Source: Trichoplax adhaerens
Lineage: Eukaryota > Animalia > Placozoa
Length of the DNA stretch: 64,000 bases
Direction: 5' to 3'
NCBI RefSeq assembly: GCF_000150275.1
Contig: NW_002060964.1
Coordinates: 301,643-365,642 of the forward strand
Part shown: positions 49,821 through 63,019 of the stretch, in pieces
How the letters are laid out: every line of letters starts with the position of its first letter
Position numbering within the stretch: the stretch's first letter is position 1
Notes under the pieces: model-generated
What the model saw: only the letters and a program-made list of their open reading frames with translations
What the model was told of the DNA's origin: nothing
The model's database searches: none
Made by a program: the position numbers and the translations under genes

Positions 49821-52800
49821 TTATTGTGTCTTCTTGATATCTTCTTGGCCCAATCGTTTTAAATGATTGACATGAGCTCCAATTCCTTCTGTAAATGTGT
49901 CCTTGTAATGATAATTGATTCCAAATTCCTTACATGTCTGTTGAACGATAGGAGTTATCTTTGAATAGTGATACTGAATAACTCCAGGAAACAAATGATG
50001 AGCTGTTTGATGGTTTAGATGTCCTGTAATAAAGTGATAAATAAGTTAGGCATCTATGACCAACTATTTTCAAGTAACGAAGTTAAACAGTGTATATATA
50101 TATACAATTACAACCTGTAGCAATATTCCAGATAAAATTAGTTGTTGCATAGTCTTGAGTAGTACGACATTGTAATTCCGCCCTAAGAAATACAACAGTG
50201 ATATGGTGCACTAAGATAACTGGTGCTTATTTAAGCCATTTGACAAGTAGAATGCATCAAAATAGACTATTACTATCATGGCTATCATAAATAATACTTT
50301 CATGGTAATAATCATAATAAGGGTTACTTTGTAATCTTTAAATTTAGTAATCCTTACCAATCTCCATCGATTTTGTTATTCTTATCGGGAGTTGGCCATT
50401 CAACCTAATCAAATAAGGGATTTTTCAAGTATTTAAGACAATCGGTAATTATGGTTAACAACGTTTCTAAATTGAACTTTACACAGTACGATGCTTCTTG
50501 AGGTACAGACTAAAGTTGTTGGCTCATATGCTCTAGGCAGAATTTTTAATAAAGTAACGATAATTTTGTAGTAGTAGTTATGCTAACCTCACTAACAACA
50601 TGGGAAGCCTGGAATGTTAACGCCAACCAGTAGCTTAGAGCACTGTCGCAAACTACATTCATTATGATCTAAGCAATGAAATTAGTACCATTAAATCAAA
50701 CTACTGTGATGACATTGATATCAGATTTGGCATGATTGAATATCTTACAGTGTTGGTTAATGACATGAAGTATAAAGGAATTACAAAGCGCATAGCGCAA
50801 AACGCAATTTTGCCAGTCCAAAAGATAATAAACTGAGACGTAGACATTGGATTTAGCCTAATATGACCTATGGTAGTAATTTATTTTTAAGATAAGAGTA
50901 TAGTCAATTTTAATCACTACTTTCAACAAATCAAGTTTCTCCATTAGAACTAACCATTCATTTTGTCGACAAAGACAATCGAGATATCTTGTAACCTAGT
51001 CTTCACCGCAAGCTAGAAAATAAAGATGCGGCTAATTAATTCTCTTAAGTAATCAATATTGTACACCGAGTAGCAACAACATTGCTATGGTCTTTGTTCT
51101 TGGACATACTTACAAATGCATAAAGTACTGGAACGTAGATATGCTGATAGAAATAGCGAGAGACCCAACTTTGGGATGTTTTTATCCGTCTAATATCAGC
51201 GGGCTACAAGTATTCAAACGCAATCGTTACTCATTCGTAACTATTAACCATATGTCTAATAAAGTATCTAAGTTATTACAGTTACGAAGTAGCAATTGGC
51301 GCCTAGTATTGCATCATATTTTGATATATTAAGATTAACCTTATCAGAAGTGACTATATCAGGATCAGCACCATCGATGTTAGTGTAGGGATGATGTCCC
51401 ATCACGTGCTGCAATATTAAACAAACATTTGGAATAAAGTGATTTATGTTAGCTAATAAAAATGTCATATCATTTATTAATAGCTATATCTTTGATCGCA
51501 GTTACAAGTAGAGTATGTCAACTTTTGTCATTCTTTCCAACTAGCTCACCTGATACGTCCAAACAAATCCAGAATTTCCATTGTAACAGCTATTCAATAG
51601 CTGGTTCAGAATCCACACACGGGGGTTGTTAGTAACTGCAAAGTGGCTAGTAAGGAAATACAAAGTAGTAACAATTGACTACTAACCGAATGAGGTGCAA
51701 ATGCTTTAAGGTTAGGAAATTCTATCGTTAATTTAGCAGCAAATACCTCCTTTCAATAGTCATAAATACAGCATTAACCGTTACAAGATTTATAAATCGG
51801 TCAATTACTGCTTGCAGTCGTAATGACAGTAATATATACTATACATACTGTACATAATGTATACGTTTCTTGCGTAATTTCAACTCATTCCTACCTTGAA
51901 TCATGCAAAATCGTTAATTCACTTAATGCACCCCAAAATCCATGAAATGCAGCTAACGGAATCATAACCCATAAATTATTAGGGAAAAGTAGTAACTGTA
52001 GGATAAAATATCAACATAAGCCTACCGTTAGAACAATAGAGTTATAAGCATACATTCAATGAAAGAATTTACAAGGATACGACTGGCTAAGTATCAAGAC
52101 TTTAAACTTTAACAAAATGTCAATACTGTATCTATACATATTACAGGTCCGTACCATCGCTAAATAAGAGGAAAAGATCATGGTCAAAACTAGAAAGTAA
52201 ACCATAAACATAGCGAGGGAATATTTTGGATTCTAAAATTAAAGATAATATAAAATTGAGATCGTTTTTACAAAATAAAAATATCTTGCATCAACTATCC
52301 ATGAATGGACTAGTAAGTAAAATATTGTAAAATATTGTATTTGTGTAAGGAAAACACTATCTGTCTTCAAAACCTACAATATTGTTGTCCTTAAAATATT
52401 TGTTGACCCTCTCTTTGACAGTTCTATTAAATTTGCTATAAGAAAGACAATGAACAAGAGATTGTTAATAGTAGAGAATTTCTTGCCATTTTCAAGGCCC
52501 TGTTTACGGTAAAACTATCAAGTTAAGCTATAGACATAAGAATGCAGCGTCAAGTAGAAAAAAAGCAAAGTAAGTTAATAACCAGAGAGAATATACAAAC
52601 TGGCTATTATACAGGGGTTAACAAATGGTAGACAAATGCAATCACGGCATAATCGGCTAAAGTAAACGCTGTACCTCGGCTCTGGGAATACAGGCAATTC
52701 ATTGCTGATGAGATCTCCTACATAAAATTTCTCCAACAGCCTACATTAAGAAATGAATATTTATTTTAATAGTATACATAGAAAGGAATAGCAAACGACA

Positions 52801-54333
52801 TAATGCGTACGTCTTTTACAGTTAAGAAACTTGTTAAAGGGTCTTCCGATAGGATATTCATTGTGAACACTATGAAAACTACTCAACTAATAGTACAATA
52901 AATGCGAGCAGGATATGCAATTAACACCCCACAAAACTGGCTAATACATTATATTTAAGCAATACTCATAAAAGTTTAGGGTGGCAATTTTTATAATTAA
53001 ATCATAACATCTTTCTACTATCATCAATTTAAAAAGCATTTACGCGTATGTCATCCTATGCTAACTTTAAAACTTAGTTTCAATATCATCCTATTAAAAC
53101 GATTACTGCAATGAACTATAACGGTGAGGAGTCTGACAGACTGTCCACTAGTACAGCACATACGTGTGACGACGATCTGGTATTGAATTATACGCGTAGT
53201 TGAGATGTTAAAAAAGATGGAACTCGTTAGTTCATAATCTTACTTGTATGTGCTTGATGAATGATAACTTTCAAATAGCTGAGTACAATCACGCCCAGCG
53301 CCAAAGAGAATTTGCTCCATACCACCAGGATGACGATTAGCAAATTCATGAACGTCATAAACCTAACATACCAATTAGGAGAAAAGTTATCGCCTTATAA
53401 CATGACTTGTCTTGGCTAAAAGCATGATTCTACGTATTCAATACTATGGTGATACAGCGGTAACTTTTCGCAATTATCAGAAGAAATCTAGAGCCATAAT
53501 ATAAAATATAATTGCAAGTAGTACCAAATGATACTTAGAATCAAGTAGTTAAAGTATCTTTTACAGTATGTATACATTACTAATAAGATTTCTACTTGTT
53601 CTACATCAAGGAAATCTATTTGTCTATTGGAGATCAAACTAAGGTCAATTTTCCTTTCGTCAAGTTGTGCTTAAATACTGTACTCTTACGCCCGATTAAT
53701 AGGCTACTCTTTACAATTTGGCCAATCATTTATTGATGCACTACAATGTGCAAATAGAGCTTACGTAATAAGTATAACTGAAAAACGAGAGGAAAGGCTG
53801 AAAGGGTACCTTTTGCTGTTAAGTTATTCAATTCTGCATATAATTTAATATATATTCAAAAAAATTTTACTCAGACAATGAGGGCCATGACTTTTATTCT
53901 GTAAGGGTTTGAAATAACTTTGGAAAACTTTCCATACCGTTCAATAAATATAAATATAGTGAAAAACAGAAGGAGATCGGTTCGTTATACTGTAGGCCAT
54001 CTGCAGAGGATGTTACACTAGATTGTACGGGTACGTCATGCGTTTATGTCGTTGAAAAATTAGCGTTGATTTTCACAGCTTATACGTTCGTATGTTGATT
54101 AATATTATTAATAGACGCTTAGAACAAATTGACAGAGTAGCTAGATTGACTCGTAATACATACATGGACGATTGATGATGTTTAGTTCTTACCTTGCCTC
54201 GGATGGCTATATGAGCATTTTGATGAGTGTTTAACTTTGCCAATTCTTGCCAGGTAAATTTATTGGCCTTACGTCCGTTCGATACCTTGGCAAAATCATT
54301 AGCACAGCCTTTGCCATCAGTTTGGCACACCAT
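49821..54333 (-). CDS. Cytochrome b5-fusion front-end fatty acid desaturase (delta-5 type), ~15 exons
   Basis: KFTWQELAK...[18 protein letters not shown] (haem motif); His boxes [15 protein letters not shown] and QTAHHLFP; [13 protein letters not shown]; TTQDYA; ATG 54333, TAA 49821. Confidence 0.93.
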
Positions 54334-54812
54334 TTTCTTTGATTTTCGAGCAGTTGTCTACGTCAGCAGAGATTCTATCGATGCATAGAAATAGGTAATC
54401 GATATTGAGGATACGAAAATACAGTTATTGTAGATTTTTAGGATAATTTAATAAATAGCGCCGTTGAATACTACAGTCACACAGTATCAATGATTGTATG
54501 TTCACACAGCGAGCGTTGATTTCTTCAATTTCGGACGATTAAAGAGTTTATTGGCTTTTTATTCATGTCGTCGTTGCAGCTCATTCACAAGGCGTAAAAT
54601 AATTACTTCATCAGATAGCAATCAGTACTGCATACTTTGAATACTTTACTATGTATGACTTTGTTCAACAAAGATACGAAACTGTTCTTACCTGTACTAC
54701 AGCAATCATATCATAAGAGCAAGGAATAAATCAACTTTACACAATAAGGTCAGGAATTTGGAAGAGTAACTCTCTTTTTTAATAGTTGCTGATAAAGTGT
54801 ACACTAGACCAT

Positions 54813-54888
54813 CCCAGCTAGCAAAAACCTGCTACTGTAGAGCAGTTTTAACGATGTACAGTATAGTAGCAGGTTTTTGCTAGCTGGG
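54813..54888. mobile_element. 76-bp hairpin / minimal MITE-like element with 24-bp perfect terminal inverted repeats
   Basis: cccagctagcaaaaacctgctact ... agtagcaggtttttgctagctggg. Confidence 0.6.
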
Positions 54889-54918
54889 GTTGCCTACTGT
54901 GCACTAGTCTAAAAGTCA

Positions 54919-55230
54919 ACACTAAGAAGGGCTAACAAGAACTTTAGAGATGGAACACCAAAATCATACCTGTGTTCTCAAGTCGTTTTGAGGTCAGCAC
55001 TAAGAAGGGCTAACATGAACTGTGGAGATTGAACATTCAAAGTTATGCCTAAATATGACTATGAATACTATCCATGACATTGTTGAAGACAGATAGGAAG
55101 AACTTTGTCTACCTGTCTAGTGCGATATTACAATCACGAAGAGAAGAAATTGTTGGAGAATGACACAAGTACTCGTCTACCCATGCCGTTATTTTTAGCA
55201 CTAACAAGGGTTAACATGAACGTTGCAACA
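54919..55230. repeat. Three dispersed ~35-bp direct copies
   Basis: cactaa(g/c)aaggg(c/t)taaca(a/t)gaac near 54920, 54998 and 55199. Confidence 0.8.
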
Positions 55231-57742
55231 CCAGATCATACTACGACAGTAAAGCTGGGGAAAATTTCATCATGAAATGACGATGCTGCAAAAGCTTTGC
55301 TACTACTTTATTGATTAGCGGCTATTTCAATTCTGGCATGGAAAATAAGGACTAGAAAATTGCCATCCATGACATCAGTAGAGAAAGCATGTGAATCGGT
55401 TGTTTAGCTTAATTAACTGAGCGAGCGCTTTTGCGAAACAAAGTGGTCACTGTTGTATTTCCTCCATCGCCATTCAATAAATGATCTAATCTCATGGAAT
55501 AGACCATTTTATACATGATTCTTCCGATGGAAGGGGTAAAAATCATGCAAAATCATTACTTTATTGCTATTCTTACCACTTTTGCACCAAGAAATTGTTG
55601 CCGGTCCGGATTTCCACACTGACTACCGTTGTTTGTTGAGAGCCGGAAGACAGTAGTTTGCCGATCTACTGACAAGTGTCACTCGTTGGAGGCGTTGAAG
55701 CGCTGCTGGACGTCAACCAGTGGCTGACGTCAGACGGCCAATCCTATCATAGTGAGTCGTATACTTTATGCAGCCGTTGACAACACTAGGGTCAAGCGTC
55801 AAAACTGCTAGGCAAGATGTTTGGGTAAGGGCTGTCACAATTGCAGTCAAAACAAGCATTTCGACAGTATCACATCCGTTACCTTTCGTTCACTACTATA
55901 GAAGTGCACCGAAGCGACCGGTGACTGTACTCGCAGTCAGTCAACCGTACGCCAGTCGTGTCGAGTGTCATGTACGTCATCCAATGGAAATCACGCGATT
56001 CTATGATTGGTTCGTTCATTACCGTAATAACCGTAATTAACTGCTATTACACTGTACACTGTACACTGTACAGCACCGAGTAATAAAACTGTTATAAACC
56101 AGCAACAGTGATAACCATGGAATACTAGAAGGAAACCTACCGAGATTTCTTCCAGCAGTCCTTGCTTATAGCAAATTGAATACTCAGAGACTTTTCGTTG
56201 CCGTTAAAACAGGGAATTTTCGATTTTAGGTCAAAATTGAGTAAAAAAGAATCGAAAAGTCCCTAGCTAAAAGATATTGTGCAATGTACATCTGTTTGCC
56301 ACCTTTATGTACACTCAATAGTATCAGCTGACTTGGATATAAGCTGCCAAGTGATCGTGATTCCTTACACGCTGTTATATGACTTTATGTCTGTACACTT
56401 GTTTCGTCATTTTAAGGCATCTGGCTGAATACACGGTGATATTTTCACGTACAAACGCTCTGACAATCCTATACCAATGTGCATCATGGATCAGTTTCTA
56501 TTTCGAAACTTTTACAATATTACGCTGTTCTGCACATAACAATTTTGCAATACAATTACAAATGCTGTTGGGACGCGTTTAATCATAGCAATCAGTTGAC
56601 AAGTCCTATCTGGTAAAGGTGTAGTCCATGGTTTCGTTCAACGTTGATAAGTCATAATATAACTTAAAAGGTATAAGTACAGCTGGTACAGTAGAGCACG
56701 CGAAGTACTGTATAACAAGCAAGGATCGACTAGTAATGAATGAATGAATATTGGAATATTGGTACTATATACTGTAGGCAGAGGCTTTCTTAACCTCGTA
56801 TTGATCGCTACACTAAAGAACTATATGTACTGTATAGAGTCACTATGCCACTATATATAGTACAGGGTGTATGGAAAGTCGTTTGATATTTAAAGTGCTA
56901 TTTAGAGGAAATACGTTGGTAAATTGCCAAATATTTTTGGTGTATTAATGTTACGGAATAATTTGGAAAATTTTCGAATAAATTGAGCTACAAATAACCA
57001 AGTATACAGTAGTACAATGTACATTGTACAGTCAGGTTCTGTCTTCTAAAAGGACGTTGACATACAGAGACAGACAGTGACATGGATGGAAGTATTGCAT
57101 TGCAAGCTGCTGTTCTAGAGAAATACAATCGCCTTCAAATTGAACAAATCAATCTCTAATTCGTCTAACATTTGTTTGTCTTTAATCAATTTAGATTGAA
57201 AGAACGTCATGTCACTAATATACAACGAGGAGTATTTACAAATTTAAATTTACCTATGTACTTTGGTAGTGATGTAAGAAAGCAATGTACAACTTCAAAA
57301 TTCTTCCACAAATCCAAAGGACCCGTTTCTATTGACTGATACCTCAGTTAAGCACAGTATAATATTGTTATCCTGTTAAAACACGTTAAAGACAGAAACT
57401 CACTTGTTAAAGATATGTATTTTAAAAATTTTATAACATAATATGATACAGAACAGACACCTATCGATATTGTATATATAACATATATATACCACATACA
57501 ATTACACCACAATGAACGCATACGATGAATACGGTATAATTTTAAAGCGTTCTTGTGAACTCAATTTACTACTTGCTTCACAAACAAAACTCAGATATTG
57601 TAGAAAAAATATCTATATTATAATCTTCGGTAAGGTTGATAAATAGTTCTTTCTTCACTAATTGTATGATTTCATAAAAGATCCTGAGCGCAATCATCGT
57701 TTATGCAGGTAAACATTACGTTAATACGCCATCTTTGACGCA

Positions 57743-60570
57743 CTAATGGTTGTTAGTACGTGGAAAATGCTTCCAGACTGCAATTTCACGAATAATAACC
57801 CAGTTTCGTTGACTTTTATTGACGTAAATTCGTAAGCATTTAATCTTGACTTTAACATGCTCCCGTAATAAATTGTACTTTACATCCATCAAGCCATGCT
57901 TATCAAATTTTCCAATAGTAATCCAGTTCGTGCATGTTTTTAGTTTATCATTACGCGAATGGCTAACTTGAACTGAAGCATCACCAAAGATATCATTTGG
58001 GCGAGATGGATCACCAGTTGCAATGACAACCCGTGTTAAATTAATTGCAGCATCGAAATAGATCACCATATTGTGACCGGCCTGGGGTTTCTTACACCAG
58101 AAAAATGCAGGCTTAGCATCATATGGCTGTTTTGGTTCTCCTCCTCCGTATGAGAAAAAAGTGGATGTTATCTTTGCAGGTGGATTATCACCATGGTAAA
58201 TCCGCTTGCTAGTGAAGGATATCTCACGTAATGGTTGCAACTTCCCTTTTAATGATGATTCCATTCCAATATGCTGGAATAAAGCAGGCAAACGAAGTAG
58301 TGGCTTAGGCAACATTCGTAAAATACTGTAATAACCTATTAAATAATCAATAGGTTGCTCGTCGTAAAACATTTTAAAGAATGCAGCTAATTTAAGTAAA
58401 TGATCATCCCTATAGAGCTTGCCGATAAAGCCTAATTTAGCGAAATGGATAGAGCTCCATGGTTTTACTTGATTATTGATGTAACCACGAATGGTTGTAA
58501 CGAAACCTTCTGAGGATAAGACATCATCCTCAAGTTGTAAATAGTATTTCGATAAACCGGAGCAATACTCAAATAAGAAGGCATAGTCAATGCATTGCTT
58601 AGAGCGCCATCGCACTCGTTCAGCTGAATCGCCGTAGTTTCGTTTCAAGTTATCGAGAGGAGGATAATATGATGCAGGGGCTTGAATAATTTGTATCAGC
58701 CCATTCTTCATAAATGATTTATATCGAGTTGTTAAACGCTTTCTTGTAATATCTTTAATTTTATGATCTAAGTCCGCTAGAAAGATTACAATTACAATTG
58801 ATTTCTTTTCATCAGCATTAGTATTATTGATGATGGACAGTATAGTCTTATCTAAATAGTTCGCCTTCGGTCTGGTGACAGTAGGAATTCCAATGGTTAA
58901 AAACCCTATTAATATAGTTCAAAATATAATCAGCTCAATGTAGTCGATATCAACTCTAAAGGATAATGCTATTATGACCAAGATGTTACTGACAACTGCT
59001 GTATCTACTGCATTCATGCGCTCGCAATGTTACGTGGTGGTTGGTGTGTCGTATTTTACAAAGCATAGCGTTTATAAGATACTTTGTTGAGTAAATAGTT
59101 CTTCATTCATCATTGAATAAGACGTAAAAAATTTGGAAATCTTGGGATCTGTCAGTACATGAATTGATAATTATCTTGTAACAAGTTTACATACTGTTAT
59201 ATCGATGGCTGTATACGTTGACACTGCTCCGACGCGATATGAACCCAAAATAAAATAAACTATCATCATCGCATACCACTACACTCTAATTTCTGCACTA
59301 ACCTTTTTCGGTTCGAAAATGACCTGCAGCTAGTGATCTCTCTTTGTCCATATCAGATGCACAGGAATGAATTTTTGAATCACTGGCAGCGTTGATGCCT
59401 TCTAGATAAGAGAGCGTAAAGAAAATTAATTATAATTATTCAAATAATAGGAAACAGTCTCACAAATGGTATTTTTATTTTACATTAAACGCGTTTCAAG
59501 CCAAGTTGTTTATATTTTGGTGTTGTAATCATTGCACTACGAAAACTCTGTATATTGGAGTAAAAAATATCATACTACAATTGTCGCTGGAAAGTAATGA
59601 AGAACTGCTAATTACAATGCTGCGCCAGCTATTTATAGAAAAAAGGATTAACTGTTTCATATCCTTTGGAAAGCCTGAGCTGAACACTACTATATCTGTA
59701 GATCTAATTGAGCATAAGCTTAATTTTGATAACATTGCTTCTATTTTGGAGGCCAACTGCGACAATAGAATACAAAAATGGACTAGTTGTATTTACTGAA
59801 ATTTAGAATTATTGATTTTGCTGGATCTCGAAGTCGATTTTCATGATAGTTGAGACAGTAGCGGTATCACAACTTTGGTATACTCATGCTTCGGTTTCAT
59901 AAATTTCTAGCGTATTTGTAACACGAAGAGCTTGCTATGAGTATATTCTACAATATCTTAAGGGTAGCACTGATGTGCATGTGTATTGAATGGGGTTTTG
60001 TATCCCCTTAGATTTGCAATCTACTTACTCGAAATTTGAGTTACTAAAACTGAGCAAGTCTCCAATTCTACACATTACTACTATAATTAGCTAAAAATCA
60101 TTTCAGCATCTTTCAAAGTTCGCCCAGCACGTTTATTACATGTAATAAATATAGCAGCATCCATGCACAAATATACGAGAATGCTAAGTAAAACCGGTTC
60201 CCTGCATTTCTATTTTGCAACTTAGAATGTCAACTGCAAGTGATAGTAACTGAATCATCCCATTTTCATATAGCATTACAAGTATAGCAATCTCGAATTA
60301 TTATCATTCAAAGTTGCAATGCAATACAGGGGATTTTGTTGCTAAATTACTGTTTATGCCCAATGTTTTTATAAAGTCATGGATTTAAACCCGGAGACTT
60401 ATTACTACTACCTAGCATTTAAATATTCAAGCACAATTTCTAAATAGTGTTATAATACCTGTCAATTCTCTGGAATGGTTGTCTTGGAGATTGACGATTA
60501 AAACAGCAACGTTGATAATGATGGCAATGATACATGCCCCAGTATATAATAATGTTACTTTAATTTTCAT
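57743..60570 (-). CDS. MGAT4: MGAT4-family (GT54) N-acetylglucosaminyltransferase IV/VI-like, 3 coding exons (60570-~60459, ~59401-59303, 58905-57743)
   Basis: Type II anchor MKIKVTLLYTGACIIAIIINVAVLIV; FLTIGIPTVTRPKANYL; YGDSAERVRWRSKQCIDYAFL; YYLQLEDDV; LGFIGKL; LFQHIGMESSLKGK; C-terminal lectin domain DNPPA...WVIIREI. Confidence 0.92.
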
Positions 60571-61268
60571 TCGTTTTCTGTTGTATTAGTATTAATTAAA
60601 GACTTTGCTATCTTAATTTACCAACACAGGATAAAAAAAGCAAGATGATATGGAATCTAGTATCAAAAGGATTGCAATACAGTATTTAATTTACTCAACA
60701 GCCGTTGAATTCTATCATTATTCGTCTGTATTAGGAATTGCAGAACGTCTCCAAGTCATGGTAACGATTGAAATGATATCAGCATACGGTGATGACCGAT
60801 CAATATTCTTATCTATGTTTTCGCATTAATGAAGAAATGATTGATGCTATTGAAATTGATACTTGTAGACCTTCATGCAAGGATTTCAGATCGCAATGGC
60901 AATACCAAGTTGGTTTGCTGGTACGCGTGATCGGTGATGGGATTGAATTGTAGCCCAACCTCAAATGATCGTTTCGTTGTATTGCTCTAGATTGATAACC
61001 TGAATTGGCTGATCATGGAGGTGATTAAAGTAGAATGAGTGACATAAGATTGAATTAAAAGAATTTCTTATTGCCGATGATACTCGATAGCTTGTCTATT
61101 TAACTTTCGATGTGAAATAGAATTGAGTGATGAATGACATCGGCATCAGTATGCTGTTGGTGGGGCCATAACTGGCGTTTGGGGTGTAATGTTTCGTTGG
61201 AGCCAAAGCGCTAGCAGTCATCGATCGTACCAATCCAACGACTTCTTGTAATAAGAGAAGTCCTTGAC

Positions 61269-61455
61269 CAGTCCGTGCAGTACAATACAGCAATACTGTA
61301 CAGTACATACAGTACAGTATACTGTACCGTATACAGTACAATTGTAGTGTAATGTACTGTACTGTACAGTACAATACAGTAAAACTAAGCGATACTGTAC
61401 AGTACTAATCTTGGATTGAGCTTGGTAGCAAGAATCATAAGTACTGTACAGTATA
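61269..61455. repeat. CAGTA/TACTG pentamer low-complexity tract
   Basis: tactgtacagtacatacagtacagtatactgtaccgtatacagtac... Confidence 0.9.
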
Positions 61456-61789
61456 CGATACGCCCGCGTTACTGCCGTCCTCCTTTTTACCTTCCAGGGC
61501 CTGGACGGGGGCCGTCCACCTTGTTCTACTGTATATGATGAGTTAACGAAAATTGAGTAACTCAACATTTTGCAATTGGAGCTACAATTAGTCATGGACT
61601 ACTAGATACTTTTTCGACGAAGAATCCAGCGCTCCATGGACTAGTCTAGGATTATACCTACACCACTGTAATATACTGTATAATCGATTGTATTGTGCTG
61701 ATAACTCAGTGGTGTAGCTAGAGCTAATTTGCGATTTTTACTCTTCTAAATACCGTTACGTATGTTCAAGGTTATACTACACGCCAGTA

Positions 61790-62345
61790 GCTACAGAAAC
61801 TTCCTCTCGATCAATTTTGGGTCATCTATATATTTATACCAGAAGTTGTCTCACCATAGAAATTTTTGATAGTGTCCATGGCAATAGTTTGAATTCTTCC
61901 ATAGAATATCGATGCCATTTCATTTCTTCAAGAGGGCAGTATCGGCGCATCTACAGAGTAAAGTAATTTATATAAAAGCGTATATTGTGTATAATTACAG
62001 TAGTAGACAAAAAAAGTATAATTAAATGGCGAGCAAACCTAATCTACTTTATAAACTGTACCGCGCATGGCTGCAAGGAATATCACAAGCGGATGTTCAC
62101 TGTTTAGCTAGTTCACCTATGGCCTTAAATTCTTTCTCTGTAAAGATTTCCATATCAGCGTCGTATCCGCATATGCATATGCATATGTTACGTACATAAC
62201 ACGCTTCATTAAACCTTGGAACTATGTTTCTTACTAATTTTTCATATGTATTTTATATGCTATTAATGAAGTTAGACCAAGTAATGGTAGAGTCCTATTT
62301 GCGACATTTTACCTGAGTTGTCGTTCTTTTATTGGCTAACGCTAC
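61790..62345 (-). pseudogene. Possible decayed LicD/fukutin-related nucleotidyltransferase-fold gene
   Basis: NTYEKLVRNIVPRFNEACYVRNICICICGYDADMEIFTEKEFKAI resembles LicD xVRxxxIPWDxDxDI; downstream NGIDILW and TIKNFYGE; stops and an (ATATGC)3 expansion. Confidence 0.25.
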
Positions 62346-63019
62346 CTAAATATGATTTAGTTGGTGTGCATGTTCAGTAGATATAAATAGTAATATATCA
62401 TCTATACTATATATTAAAATTTGACTGTCCGAATTTTGTACGTCTGTGGGTATATGAAACTGACGCATATCACACACTGAGTCAGGAATAATTCATTCAC
62501 GGGTCCTCTACTATACTTGGAAAAGATATAGACTGGAGGTTACAGTAATATAGAATAAAGAGTAGAAGCACTGAAATAAAAGCTTCGACTAAGGAAAGAG
62601 TAGTCTCTTTGCTGCGAGATTTTCAATAGTATGACTATGATGAATCAATAGTTCCACTATATAGTACTGTACAGTACAGTATACGGCAGTGTGCAAAAGC
62701 CAGGATGTCATTTTATGATAGTATTACTGACTTACTGGAAAATGAAATTAACTAATGTAGTGTTTATGAAGCCATGGACACACAAGTGATAACCAAGGAG
62801 TAATTCCTGGTATCGTGAGCGGGTATTCTACTTGCCGGCCTGGAGTGTGTCAAAGATTCTATCAATTTAGCGAGTCAGTAACATTGTCATAACAGAATAC
62901 GCATAATTCCGGCAGGAATTACTCGATAATAATTTTTCTTTCCTCATTAAAGAGTGTTTCCTATTTTAACATCAAGGGGAAAATTGTTGAGAAGTTCCAG
63001 GCTACGCAAATCTGGAGAC

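Noticed and set aside
55749-55762. 14-nt match to the reverse T7 promoter (ATAGTGAGTCGTAT)
   Set aside because: Incomplete, with no flanking vector or polylinker sequence; likely chance
59506-59910. Plus-strand ORF and ankyrin-like NLELLILLDLEVDFHDS*DSSGITTLVYSC inside an MGAT4 intron
   Set aside because: A single weak repeat with stops; the flanking MGAT4 exons join in phase without it; too little support
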